Below are positions 17,395 to 26,109 of a stretch of DNA of 47,466 nucleotides, in pieces. How positions within the stretch are numbered: position 1 is the first letter of the stretch; every line of letters begins with the position of its first letter. The DNA is taken from contig CAZMPQ010000002.1 in NCBI GenBank assembly GCA_964568535.1, positions 1 to 47,466 on the forward strand, read 5' to 3'. This DNA comes from an uncultured Candidatus Saccharibacteria bacterium. GTDB taxonomy: Bacteria; Patescibacteriota; Minisyncoccia; UBA6257; 2-01-FULL-56-20. Under the pieces are notes generated by a model. The model was not told the origin of the DNA. It made no database searches and saw only the letters and a program-made list of their open reading frames with translations. The translations under genes and the position numbers were made by a program.

Positions 17395-18153
17395 ATGACC
17401 CCGAAGACCCCTGAAGAACTGAAGCTCATGGCCGAAGGCGGCCGCCGGCTTGCGCGCGTCTTGCGCGCGGTCGCCGCCGCTGCAAAGCCAGGGATGCGCA
17501 CCATCGAGCTGGACCATCTGGCGTACGACCTCATCACGAAGGGAGGCGACAAGCCGGCGTTCCTCGGTTACCGGCCGGGCGGCGCGGGGAAGCCGTATCC
17601 GGCGACCTTGTGCGCATCAGTGAACGACGGCATCGTGCACGGCCTGCCGTCGAACTATATTCTGATGGACGGCGATCTCCTCAAGTTGGACCTCGGTCTT
17701 ATCCACGAGAAGCTTTATTTAGACTCGGCAATCTCCGTCGGTATCGGGAAGCTTACGAATGAAGCAAAAAAGCTCATCGCCGTGACGGAAAAGGCGCTCA
17801 CTCTAGGCATCGCTGCCGCGAAGGCGGGGAATACGCTTGGCGATATCGGCCATGCGGTGCAGTCCTACGTGGAAAAGAACGGTTTCTCTGTTATTCGGTC
17901 CCTCACGGGCCACGGCATCGGCAAAAAACTCCATGAGGACCCGCACGTCTATAATTTCGGGAAACCGGGCGAAGGCGAGACGCTCGTGCCGGGCATGACG
18001 ATTGCGATAGAGCCGATGGTTGCCGCCGGCCGCTATGAGTTGAAACAACTGAAGGACGATAGCTTCGTCACGAAGGACGGCTCGCTCGGAGCTCATTTCG
18101 AGCACACGGTCGTCGTGACTGACCGCGGCGCACGTGTCCTTACGATGGTATAA
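17395..18153 (+). CDS. map: methionine aminopeptidase type I
   Basis: MTPKTPEELKLMAEGGRRLA...; start moved to 17395, 2 nt after the preceding stop. Confidence 0.93.
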   Translation: MTPKTPEELKLMAEGGRRLARVLRAVAAAAKPGMRTIELDHLAYDLITKGGDKPAFLGYRPGGAGKPYPATLCASVNDGIVHGLPSNYILMDGDLLKLDLGLIHEKLYLDSAISVGIGKLTNEAKKLIAVTEKALTLGIAAAKAGNTLGDIGHAVQSYVEKNGFSVIRSLTGHGIGKKLHEDPHVYNFGKPGEGETLVPGMTIAIEPMVAAGRYELKQLKDDSFVTKDGSLGAHFEHTVVVTDRGARVLTMV

Positions 18154-18160
18154 TTGAGCC

Positions 18161-18913
18161 ATGGCAACACCCGCAAAACCCCACCTTTCCATCATTTTGC
18201 CCGCCTATAACGAAGCGGAGCGCATCCCCGCAACGCTCTTGGATATCGATAAGCGCATGGCGGGAAAGGAGTATGCCTACGAGGTTATCGTGGTGAACGA
18301 TGGCTCCAAGGACAATACGTCGGAGGTAGTGAAGAAGTTGATGCCCGCGGTGAAGTATCTGAAGCTTATCGATAATGTAGAGAATAAAGGGAAAGGCGGC
18401 GTGGTGCGGCAAGGGATGCTCGCGGCGACGGGCGACATCCGTCTCTTTATGGACTCCGACAACGCAACGACGATAGATCATTTTGACCGCATGGAGGAGT
18501 GGTTCACTCATGGCTATCAGGTTGTCATCTGCTCGCGTGCGGCGAAGGGAAGCGAGCTGGATCCGCCGGAACCGTGGTACCGGCAGATACCGGGCAAACT
18601 CGGGAATATGTTTTGGATACAACCACTCTTACTCTGGGGGCTCTGGGACACACAGTGCGGATTCAAGGCGTTCACGGCCGAATGCGCGGAAAAAGTATTC
18701 TCGTACTCAAAACTTTCGGGCTGGAGCTTTGACGTGGAGATATTAGCGCTTGCGATGGCGATGGGGTATCGCGTGAAAGAAGTCCCGGTGCACTGGAAGC
18801 ACGACGGCAAATCAAAGGTAAAGGCATCGGCGTATCTCCAGGTGCTTCTGGACGTGGCGAAGATCCGCTGGTGGTTTTGGATGGACGCCTATCATTTGGA
18901 CCCCGAAAAATAA
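18161..18913 (+). CDS. family-2 glycosyltransferase (dolichyl-phosphate hexosyltransferase-like)
   Basis: LSIILPAYNEAERI...VNDGSKDNT...DSDN motifs. Confidence 0.85.
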   Translation: MATPAKPHLSIILPAYNEAERIPATLLDIDKRMAGKEYAYEVIVVNDGSKDNTSEVVKKLMPAVKYLKLIDNVENKGKGGVVRQGMLAATGDIRLFMDSDNATTIDHFDRMEEWFTHGYQVVICSRAAKGSELDPPEPWYRQIPGKLGNMFWIQPLLLWGLWDTQCGFKAFTAECAEKVFSYSKLSGWSFDVEILALAMAMGYRVKEVPVHWKHDGKSKVKASAYLQVLLDVAKIRWWFWMDAYHLDPEK

Positions 18914-18931
18914 GGGTTTTTCGGCCATCTC

Positions 18932-18959
18932 TTGAAGTTTTTAGGCAGAGGAGTATACT
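18932..18959 (+). promoter_or_regulatory. candidate greA promoter (TTGAAG-16nt-TATACT)
   Basis: Hexamers at 18932-18937 and 18954-18959. Confidence 0.5.
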
Positions 18960-18988
18960 CAAAGCAATAAGAATCGACATCGGAAGTG

Positions 18989-19012
18989 CAACCCGTGGGG
19001 TTGGGCTTTTTT
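18989..19012 (+). terminator. short hairpin plus T6 inside the greA leader
   Basis: CAACCC gtg GGGTTG, then GGC TTTTTT; 15 nt before the greA ATG. Confidence 0.4.
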
Positions 19013-19026
19013 CTTATAACACTACA

Positions 19027-19488
19027 ATGGGAGACAAATACTACGTAAGCGAAGAGCGATTAGCAGAGCTCAAAGCGGAGCTTGAAACGCTCAAAACAAA
19101 AACGCGTTTGGAGATCGCGGACGCCTTGAAGCGCGCGAAAGAATACGGCGATCTTTCGGAGAATGCCGAGTATGCGCAGGCGCGGGAGGAGCAAACCCGC
19201 GTTGAGACGCGCATCTTTGAGCTTGAGGAGTTCGTGAAGAAGGCCGTGGTCATCAAGGGCTCGGTCGGCGGCGACACCGTACGCGTCGGTTCGCGCGTGA
19301 CGACAGAGCGCGACGGCAAGGAGTCCGTATATACCATCGTTGGTTCAACCGAAGCAAACCCGCAGGAGGGGAAGATATCGAACGAATCGCCCATCGGGAA
19401 GGCGTTCTTGGGGAAGAAGGTAGGGGACAGCGTGGAAGTGACGACGCCGGCCGGCAAGGCGGTGTATCAGGTGACGAAGATCGAGTAG
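19027..19488 (+). CDS. greA: transcription elongation factor GreA
   Basis: MGDKYYVSEERLAELKAELETLK...GDLSENAEY...; start moved to 19027. Confidence 0.93.
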   Translation: MGDKYYVSEERLAELKAELETLKTKTRLEIADALKRAKEYGDLSENAEYAQAREEQTRVETRIFELEEFVKKAVVIKGSVGGDTVRVGSRVTTERDGKESVYTIVGSTEANPQEGKISNESPIGKAFLGKKVGDSVEVTTPAGKAVYQVTKIE

Positions 19489-19494
19489 GACGCC

Positions 19495-19621
19495 GCGTTC
19501 TTTTTGAGAACCGCGGTTCGCTCGCTCCAGCGGCGAGCGTCCACTGCCGCTCGGCGACAAAAGTTTTGCTTCGCAAAACACCGAGCTTTTGTCACCTCCG
19601 CGAGCTTCTCCAAAAGAACGC
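19495..19621 (+). ncRNA. candidate structured 3'-trailer element X2 (paralog of X1)
   Basis: GCGTTCTTTTTGAGAA (19495-19510) / TTCTCCAAAAGAACGC (19606-21), 15/16 complementary. Shares TTTGAGAACCG..GCTCCAG and CTCCG..AGCTTCTC termini with X1. Confidence 0.4.
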
Positions 19622-19663
19622 AGCGCCCTCTTTCTACTAGATGGCTGGTCCGTCGCCGTGGAT

Positions 19664-19717
19664 AGGAAAAATAAGAACTGAAGGTAGCTCCGACCGGCCC
19701 ATCGGAGCTTTTGTATA
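19664..19717 (+). repeat. module Y2 (paralog of 15783-15838)
   Basis: AGGAAAAATAAGAACTGAAGGT-AGCTCCGA-loop-TCGGAGCT-TTTGTATA. Confidence 0.8.
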
Positions 19718-19790
19718 TCTCAATATTTGTATTACTATGTATTCGTATCGTAGCCCACCACACTAGATACTCACTCCTCGATTCCCATCC

Positions 19791-21236
19791 ATGCTTGACG
19801 ACCTGATCGCCGACCGGAAAAAGAAACTCGCCAAACTGAAGGAAGCGGGTGTTGAGGCCTATCCTATCAAGACCAAGCGGACGCACCGGATAGCGGAAGC
19901 GCTTGCGGACTTTGGAAAGCTAGAGAAAGGGAAGAAGAAAATAGGAGTTGCTGGCCGGGTGATGGGCTTGCGTGACATGGGGAACGTCATCTTTATGGAC
20001 GTCCACGACGGTTCCGGCAAATTGCAGGTCGTCGTGAAGAAGGATAATCTCGCGAACTTCGCACTCGTGAAGGAAACAACCGACCGCGGCGATTTTGTTT
20101 CTGCTGCCGGAACAGTATTGAAAACAAAGAGCGGCGAGCCGAGCGTGGAGGCGAAAGAATTTATGATGCTCGCAAAATCTGTCCGGCCGCTTCCAGACAA
20201 GTGGGCCGGGTTAGAGGACGTGGAAACGCGGCTTCGCGACCGGTATCTGGACATTCTCGCGCATCCGGTGACGGCCGAGATGTTCCGCCAGAAAGCCGCG
20301 TTCTGGGATACGTTCCGCGCGGCAATGAAGCGCGAAGGATTTTTAGAAGTTGATATGCCCGTTTTGGAATCCGTTCCCGGCGGGGCGGAAGCGGAACCGT
20401 TCATCACGCACCATAACGCGCTGGACACCGATTTTTACCTTCGCATCTCCCTGGAGCTCCCCTTAAAGAAGATGCTCGTTGCGGGATACGAAAAAGTATT
20501 TGAAGTTGGCCGAATTTTCCGGAACGAGGGAATCGACAAAGACCACTTGCAGGACTATACGCAACTTGAGTTCTATTGGGCCTACAGTGATTACGAAGAA
20601 CTCATGAAATTCACGGAAAAACTGTACAAAGAGGTCATCAAAGCGACGACCGGCGGGCTCACGACGACCTACGAAAATCGGAAGCTCAATTGGGGAAAGA
20701 AATGGGGCCGCGTTGACTACGTGGATGCGTTCACGCAGGCGGCGGATTTGAATCCGCTCGCCGCCACGCGCGACCAGTTATTCGCGAAGGCGCAAAAACT
20801 TGGCCTCAAACCTGAACCGGAGCACGGCAAGGGCCGCCTTATCGACCTTATCTACAAAAAAACCGTCCGTCCGCAGCTTTTAGACCCGTGCTTCCTCGTG
20901 GACCCGCCGGTCGAGGTGGAGCCGCTTGCAAAGCGAAAACCCGGTGATCCGCGCCGCGTGGAACGGATGCAGATCGTTGCGGCAGGTACCGAACTTGGCA
21001 AAGGGTTTTCAGAGCTGAACGATCCGACGGACCAGCGTGCGCGGTTTGAAGAGCAGATGAAACTGCGGAAAGCCGGCGACAAAGAAGCCCAACAACTGGA
21101 CGAAGCTTATCTTATCGCGATGGAGTACGGCATGCCGCCCGCTTCCGGCTTCGGCGTCTCCGAGCGGCTTTTTGCGATACTGATGGACAAGCCCATCCGC
21201 GAGACGGTTATCTTTCCGCTCATGAGAAAGCGATAG
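19791..21236 (+). CDS. lysS: lysyl-tRNA synthetase, class II
   Basis: 481 aa, class II aaRS motifs (..FRNEG.., ..GFGVSERL..). Confidence 0.95.
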   Translation: MLDDLIADRKKKLAKLKEAGVEAYPIKTKRTHRIAEALADFGKLEKGKKKIGVAGRVMGLRDMGNVIFMDVHDGSGKLQVVVKKDNLANFALVKETTDRGDFVSAAGTVLKTKSGEPSVEAKEFMMLAKSVRPLPDKWAGLEDVETRLRDRYLDILAHPVTAEMFRQKAAFWDTFRAAMKREGFLEVDMPVLESVPGGAEAEPFITHHNALDTDFYLRISLELPLKKMLVAGYEKVFEVGRIFRNEGIDKDHLQDYTQLEFYWAYSDYEELMKFTEKLYKEVIKATTGGLTTTYENRKLNWGKKWGRVDYVDAFTQAADLNPLAATRDQLFAKAQKLGLKPEPEHGKGRLIDLIYKKTVRPQLLDPCFLVDPPVEVEPLAKRKPGDPRRVERMQIVAAGTELGKGFSELNDPTDQRARFEEQMKLRKAGDKEAQQLDEAYLIAMEYGMPPASGFGVSERLFAILMDKPIRETVIFPLMRKR

Positions 21237-21311
21237 TATCAAGTATCAGGTATCAAGTATCAAGTTGCGCAATGCGCATGATTATATCTCCTGACACGTG
21301 ACACCTGACAC
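21236..21311 (+). repeat. heptad-periodic inverted repeat, site D
   Basis: GTATCAA GTATCAG GTATCAA GTATCAA (21236-21263) ... CTGACAC GTGACAC CTGACAC (21291-21311). Ends 6 nt before the ATG at 21318. Confidence 0.9.
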
Positions 21312-21317
21312 TTCATC

Positions 21318-21743
21318 ATGCGTAAAGTAATGGTCTTCGGCGTGTTTGACCGGCTGCACGATGGGCACCGGCATTTTTTGCATCAGGCGAAGCGGGAAGG
21401 GGATTGGCTCGTCGCAGTCGTGACCCCCGACCACATCGTGCATCAGTTGAAGGGTTATATGCCCGAAGAACACGTCGGTGACCGAATGGAGATGCTTCAT
21501 CGCGAGGGGCTCGCGGATCAGGTCATCGAGGGCGATGTCGAGCTCGGTATGTGGAGTGTGTTACGGAACCATAAGCCGCATGTTGTGGCGTTGGGATATG
21601 ACCAAGAGGCCCTGCGTATAGAAATAGAAGCGACGATGGATCAATGGATGTGGTCGGTAGAGCTCGTGACGATGGAACCGCACAAGCCGGAGCAATTGCA
21701 TTCACACATTCAGCGTGCGCATGCGCGCGGGAAGAAGCGTTGA
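21318..21743 (+). CDS. cytidylyltransferase-family nucleotidyltransferase (FMN/pantetheine-phosphate adenylyltransferase-like)
   Basis: N-terminal GVFDRLHDGH, an (H/T)xGH-type motif; 141 aa. Confidence 0.7.
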   Translation: MRKVMVFGVFDRLHDGHRHFLHQAKREGDWLVAVVTPDHIVHQLKGYMPEEHVGDRMEMLHREGLADQVIEGDVELGMWSVLRNHKPHVVALGYDQEALRIEIEATMDQWMWSVELVTMEPHKPEQLHSHIQRAHARGKKR

Positions 21744-21795
21744 CGGGCGTCTTCGCCTAGAGTAGAAAGGGATAAGAACCACGAAGGAGGTTCGC

Positions 21796-22044
21796 ATGCC
21801 CCAGTTCGCCAAAGGTCAGTTGCTGCGCTTGCGGTCGGACCTCGAGCCGGACATGTTTCTTGCCCTCGCACGGTATGTGCGGCCTCAGGTGATATACCTC
21901 GCCAAACGTGTTCACGGTGGCGACGCAGTACCACTCGTGCAGCTTGTCGAGTACAACACGAAGCGGCCGGTGCTCGGTCCGCATGACCTCTGTCCGGCGG
22001 ATCTCTCCGCAGACTTCTTCGAGCCGGTGCCGCGGGCGGTCTGA
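21796..22044 (+). CDS. hypothetical protein (82 aa)
   Basis: Strong GAAGGAGG 6 nt upstream of the ATG, followed by a terminator hairpin. Confidence 0.55.
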   Translation: MPQFAKGQLLRLRSDLEPDMFLALARYVRPQVIYLAKRVHGGDAVPLVQLVEYNTKRPVLGPHDLCPADLSADFFEPVPRAV

Positions 22045-22069
22045 GCGCCAACCGTACCGCACAACGCGT

Positions 22070-22104
22070 GCCGGGAGACAGGTTCTCCCGGCCGCTTCCT
22101 TTTT
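22070..22104 (+). terminator. terminator between convergent genes (GCCGGGAGA caggt TCTCCCGGC ... TTTTT)
   Basis: 9-bp perfect stem at 22070-22092, T-run to 22104. Confidence 0.6.
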
Positions 22105-22114
22105 CCGCCACCGC

Positions 22115-25100
22115 TTACAATTTCTTCGCCCGCTCGCAGACGAGTTTCGTTTGGCCGTCGCGTTTTGACACCTTTCCTTCAATGAGAACGGTTGCGTTCG
22201 GCTGCCAACAATCGTTCGTTTTTTCAAGCGTGCTGTTGAACACAATGACCTCCATCGGTTGAGGCGAGAAATCTTCAATGGTCGCAAATATCATCGGCCG
22301 CCCGTCCTTTGCGACGATCTTTTTGAGTTGCGCGATGCAGCCGGCGATGCGCACGATGCGTTCGTCAGGCATCGTGAGAACATCCGTGATCGGTCGTACA
22401 CCGGCCTTCGCCAAACGCTCTTTGTGGGCGTTCAATGGGTGGTCCGACAGGTAGAATCCCAAGAGCTCCTTTTCCCATGCAAGTTTTTCTGCAGCTGACG
22501 CGGGTGGCACGTTCGGCAGTTTGAGCTCTACGGGAGGTAATGATGCGCCGAAAAGCGACGCGGTACTTTGTGCTCCCTTGCGATTCGCCTGCGCGAAGCG
22601 AAGCGCCTGGTCTATGTTCGCAAGGATGCCGTTCCGTTCAATGCCGAGTGAATCAAAGACACCCGCCTTTGCGAGGGATTCCAGCGATTTTTTGTTCAGA
22701 TCTTTATGCTGGACGCGCGAAAGGAAGTCGCCGAAGTTCGTGAACGGTCCGCGTTGAACGCGTTCTTCTATCATCGCCTGCGTGATGGCATCGCCAACGT
22801 TCTTCACCGCGCCAAGCCCGAAACGGATGCGCGGGCCCTCCGGCGTAAATGCGGCGAAGGACGTATTGATGTCAGGCGGCAGGATGTCTATGCTGTTCTG
22901 CTTCGCCTCGGTAATGAGGAAGGAGATGCGCTCCACATCACCCGAGTCGGCATTGAGGAGTGCCGCCATGAATTCTTCGGGATAGTGCGCTTTGAGGTAT
23001 GCGGTGCGATACCCGATCATGGCGTAACACGCTGCGTGCGATTTATTGAAGCCGTACCGCGCAAAGGGCGGGAAGAGCTCCCAAATGGCTTTCGCGGTCT
23101 TCGGGTCAATACCGCGTGCTATCATGCCTTTCGTCAGTTTTTCTTTCTGTTCGTCCAGAAGTTCCTTGATCTTCTTGCCGATGGCCTTGCGCAGCGTGTC
23201 CGCTTCGGGCAGCGTGTAGCCGGCGAGGTCGGTTGCGATGCGCATCATCTGCTCCTGATACACGCCGATGCCGTAGGTGTTCTCCAGGATGGGCTGGAGC
23301 TTCGGGTGGAGGTACGTGACCTGCTCTTCGCCGTGCTTGCGCTTGATGTAGGAGGGAATAAGCTCCATTGGCCCGGGGCGAAAGAGGGCAACGAGCGCAA
23401 TGAGGTCTTCAAGCTCGTTCGGCTTGATCTCTTTCATATATCGCCGCATGCCGGACGATTCAAATTGAAAAACCCCCGTCGTGTTCCCGGCGCGTAAAAG
23501 ATCAAAGGCCTTTTTGTCATTGAGCGGGATGTGGTGGATGTCCAGCTCTTCGCCGCGCAGCTCGCGGATGAGGCGGACGGTGTCTTCAATAATGGTGAGG
23601 TTCTTTAAGCCCAGGAGATCTATTTTCAGGAGCCCGAGGTCTTCCACGGCATGCATCTCGAATTGCGTGATGATGATGTCCTTGCCTTGCGGTGCGAACT
23701 GGAGCGGCAGATATTCAGTGAGCGGCCGCTCGGTGATGACCGTGCCGCAGGCGTGCACAGATGCATGGCGTGCGACGCCGTCCAGGCGAGTTGCGGTATC
23801 AATAAGCCGTTTTGCGTCCGGATTTGCCTCATAGAGTTCGCCGAGTTCCGGAACGGTCTTCAGTGCCTCCGGCAGGTCGGCGGTGAACGGCACGAGCTTT
23901 GCGATCTGGTCGCAGAAGCCGTAGGAGAATCCCATCGCGCGTCCCGCGTCGCGGATGGCTGCGCGCGATGCCATCGTTCCGAACGTGATGATCTGCGCCA
24001 CGTGGTCCGTGCCGTACTTTTCGCGTGCATAGGCCAAGACCTCATCGCGGCGGGTATCGGCGAAGTCCAGGTCGATATCCGGCATTTCATTGCGTTCGGG
24101 ATTCAGGAACCGTTCAAAGAGCAAGTCGTATTCCAATGGATTGATATCCGTGATGCGGAGGATGTAGGAAACCAAGCTGCCTGCGGCGGAACCCCTGCCG
24201 GGGCCCACAGCGATGCCATGGTCCTTCGCCCAGTTCACGAGGTCTTGCACGATGAGGAAGTAGTCGGCAAAACCGGTCTTTTCGATGATGGCGAGCTCGT
24301 GCTCCAGTCGCTTGTCGACGACAGCGGACCGCTTCTCATTTAAAAATCGTGCCGGCAGGCGCTCCTCGATGAGTTCCCGAAGATATACCATTGCGGTCTT
24401 TCCATCCGGCTTCGGAAAGTGGGGGAGCTTCACCTTCCCGAGCTCTATGGTGACGTTGCATCGCTCAGCGATCTTCCCGGCGTTCGCGACCGCCTCAGGC
24501 ACATCCGCAAACTTCTTTTCCATGTCGTCCGGCGACAACATTGAAAAATCATCTTCTTTCATGGAAAGCCGGTCGTCATCCGAAAGTTTGTTTCCTGTCT
24601 GCACGGCAAGAAGCACGTCATGCACATCGCGGTCGTCGGACTTCGCATAGTGGATGTCTTGTGTTGCAACGAGGGGAATACCGGTTTCCTTCGCGAGCGC
24701 GATGGCAAGCGGCCGGTGCTTCACGACGTCCGGAATATGCGGATGGTCCTGAACCTCCAAAAAGAAATTCCCTTTGCCGAAAATGTCCTGATATTCCAGC
24801 GCAAGTTGTTTTGCCTCATCATTCCGGCCGGCGGAGAGCGCACGGTTCACCTCGCCGCCGAGGCAGGCCGAAAGCGCGATAAGGCCCTCGTGATGCTCGC
24901 GTAAAAGGTCTTTGTCCACGCGCGGCTTGTAGTAAAAACCTTCAAGATGCGCTTTCGTGACGAGCTGAATAAGATTTTTCCAGCCCGTGTCGTTCTCGGC
25001 GAGCAGCACGAGATGAAAATATTTTTCATTCGCGTCCTTGCTGAAGCGGTCGCGCGGCGCAACGTAGGTTTCCACACCGAGGATAGGTTTTATGCCTGCC

Positions 25101-25282
25101 TTCTTCGCTTTCTTATAGAACTCAATCGCGCCGTAGAGCACGCCGTGGTCGGTGAGCGCCAAGGCATCCATCCCGAGTTCTTTCGCGCGCGCAATAAGCT
25201 CATCAATTTTCCCCAGGCCGTCCAGAAGGGAGTAGTGGGAATGCGTATGTAAATGCGTGAACTTCGCCATATTCGTCCCCAT
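22115..25282 (-). CDS. dnaE: DNA polymerase III alpha subunit
   Basis: 1055 aa. N-terminal PHP domain (HLHTHSHYSLLDG), polymerase core and OB fold. Confidence 0.96.
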   Translation of the reverse strand: MGTNMAKFTHLHTHSHYSLLDGLGKIDELIARAKELGMDALALTDHGVLYGAIEFYKKAKKAGIKPILGVETYVAPRDRFSKDANEKYFHLVLLAENDTGWKNLIQLVTKAHLEGFYYKPRVDKDLLREHHEGLIALSACLGGEVNRALSAGRNDEAKQLALEYQDIFGKGNFFLEVQDHPHIPDVVKHRPLAIALAKETGIPLVATQDIHYAKSDDRDVHDVLLAVQTGNKLSDDDRLSMKEDDFSMLSPDDMEKKFADVPEAVANAGKIAERCNVTIELGKVKLPHFPKPDGKTAMVYLRELIEERLPARFLNEKRSAVVDKRLEHELAIIEKTGFADYFLIVQDLVNWAKDHGIAVGPGRGSAAGSLVSYILRITDINPLEYDLLFERFLNPERNEMPDIDLDFADTRRDEVLAYAREKYGTDHVAQIITFGTMASRAAIRDAGRAMGFSYGFCDQIAKLVPFTADLPEALKTVPELGELYEANPDAKRLIDTATRLDGVARHASVHACGTVITERPLTEYLPLQFAPQGKDIIITQFEMHAVEDLGLLKIDLLGLKNLTIIEDTVRLIRELRGEELDIHHIPLNDKKAFDLLRAGNTTGVFQFESSGMRRYMKEIKPNELEDLIALVALFRPGPMELIPSYIKRKHGEEQVTYLHPKLQPILENTYGIGVYQEQMMRIATDLAGYTLPEADTLRKAIGKKIKELLDEQKEKLTKGMIARGIDPKTAKAIWELFPPFARYGFNKSHAACYAMIGYRTAYLKAHYPEEFMAALLNADSGDVERISFLITEAKQNSIDILPPDINTSFAAFTPEGPRIRFGLGAVKNVGDAITQAMIEERVQRGPFTNFGDFLSRVQHKDLNKKSLESLAKAGVFDSLGIERNGILANIDQALRFAQANRKGAQSTASLFGASLPPVELKLPNVPPASAAEKLAWEKELLGFYLSDHPLNAHKERLAKAGVRPITDVLTMPDERIVRIAGCIAQLKKIVAKDGRPMIFATIEDFSPQPMEVIVFNSTLEKTNDCWQPNATVLIEGKVSKRDGQTKLVCERAKKL

Positions 25283-25310
25283 TGTAGCCCATTTGTTTGG
25301 TAAGCGGCAG

Positions 25311-25339
25311 TTTACAGAACGAGCTGTTTTTTGTATGGT
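25311..25339 (+). promoter_or_regulatory. candidate promoter of tRNA-Thr(UGU) (TTTACA-17nt-TATGGT)
   Basis: The -10 box ends 14 nt before the mature tRNA 5' end. Confidence 0.5.
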
Positions 25340-25353
25340 AATAGGGCAAATTT

Positions 25354-25425
25354 GCCACCCTAGCTCAACGGTAGAGCTACCGCTTTGTAAGCGGTAGGTT
25401 GTCGGTTCGAATCCGACGGGTGGCT
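25354..25425 (+). tRNA. tRNA-Thr (anticodon TGT)
   Basis: Manual cloverleaf: GCCACCC/GGGTGGC acceptor, GCTC/GAGC D-stem, ACCGC-TTTGTAA-GCGGT anticodon arm, GTCGG-TTCGAAT-CCGAC T-arm. No encoded CCA. Confidence 0.9.
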
Positions 25426-25471
25426 CCCAAATTCATCGGTTCGTTAGAGATAATATACCACGGCGAGGGGT

Positions 25472-25921
25472 ATGCTATGGTATACTTCAGCTATGCTGAA
25501 ATGTGTGAATTGCAGAGCGACTCTCGCAGGGCGACACCAGATAAAATTTTGCTCAAACAAATGCCAGTTTCTTTTTCAGCACAAAAAATGGTTGGGCGAT
25601 TGGAAACAGGGGAAATTAAGTGGCAATATCGGAATAGTCGCAAAGAATATTTCAAGGCATCTCAAGGGATATCTTACCGAAAAATTCGGCAATAGATGTT
25701 CTCAATGCGGTTGGAGTAAAAAACATCCCGTAACGGGATTTGTACCATTGGAGATAGATCACATTGATGGAGATTCGGAGAATAATTCCGAGTCAAATTT
25801 ACGCCTCCTGTGCCCGAATTGTCATGCGCTTACACCATTTTATAAAAACCTGAACAAAGGGAAGGGGAGGAAGTGGCGGATGGCAAAATATATCAAGAAT
25901 GCAAGCAAACTCCACAAATAA
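25472..25921 (+). CDS. HNH endonuclease
   Basis: ...EIDHIDGDSENNSESNLRLLCPNCHAL... HNH motif plus an N-terminal CxxC..C..C. Visibly A/T-richer than its surroundings. An alternative start exists at 25493. Confidence 0.85.
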   Translation: MLWYTSAMLKCVNCRATLAGRHQIKFCSNKCQFLFQHKKWLGDWKQGKLSGNIGIVAKNISRHLKGYLTEKFGNRCSQCGWSKKHPVTGFVPLEIDHIDGDSENNSESNLRLLCPNCHALTPFYKNLNKGKGRKWRMAKYIKNASKLHK

Positions 25922-26109
25922 TGGATCCCTCCTAAGTCTCAAATGCGACATACACGAAGAAAGGTGCGGGATAAAGAGTGCCTGCCTGCCGTCAGGCAGG
26001 GGTCCCCGGTTTCCCGCGAAGCGGGATTGCGTTTTGTTACTAAGCGAGCGCGCTTAGACAAAACGGGAACAAGTCCGGGAGGTGGCTCCATGGATCTATA
26101 CGCAGGCCT

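Noticed and set aside
25472-25921. The HNH gene as IscB/HEARO (omega-RNA guided) or as an intron-encoded homing endonuclease inside the tRNA
   Set aside because: The protein is only 149 aa with no RuvC-like segments. The tRNA-Thr upstream is intact and uninterrupted, so no group I/II intron is evident.
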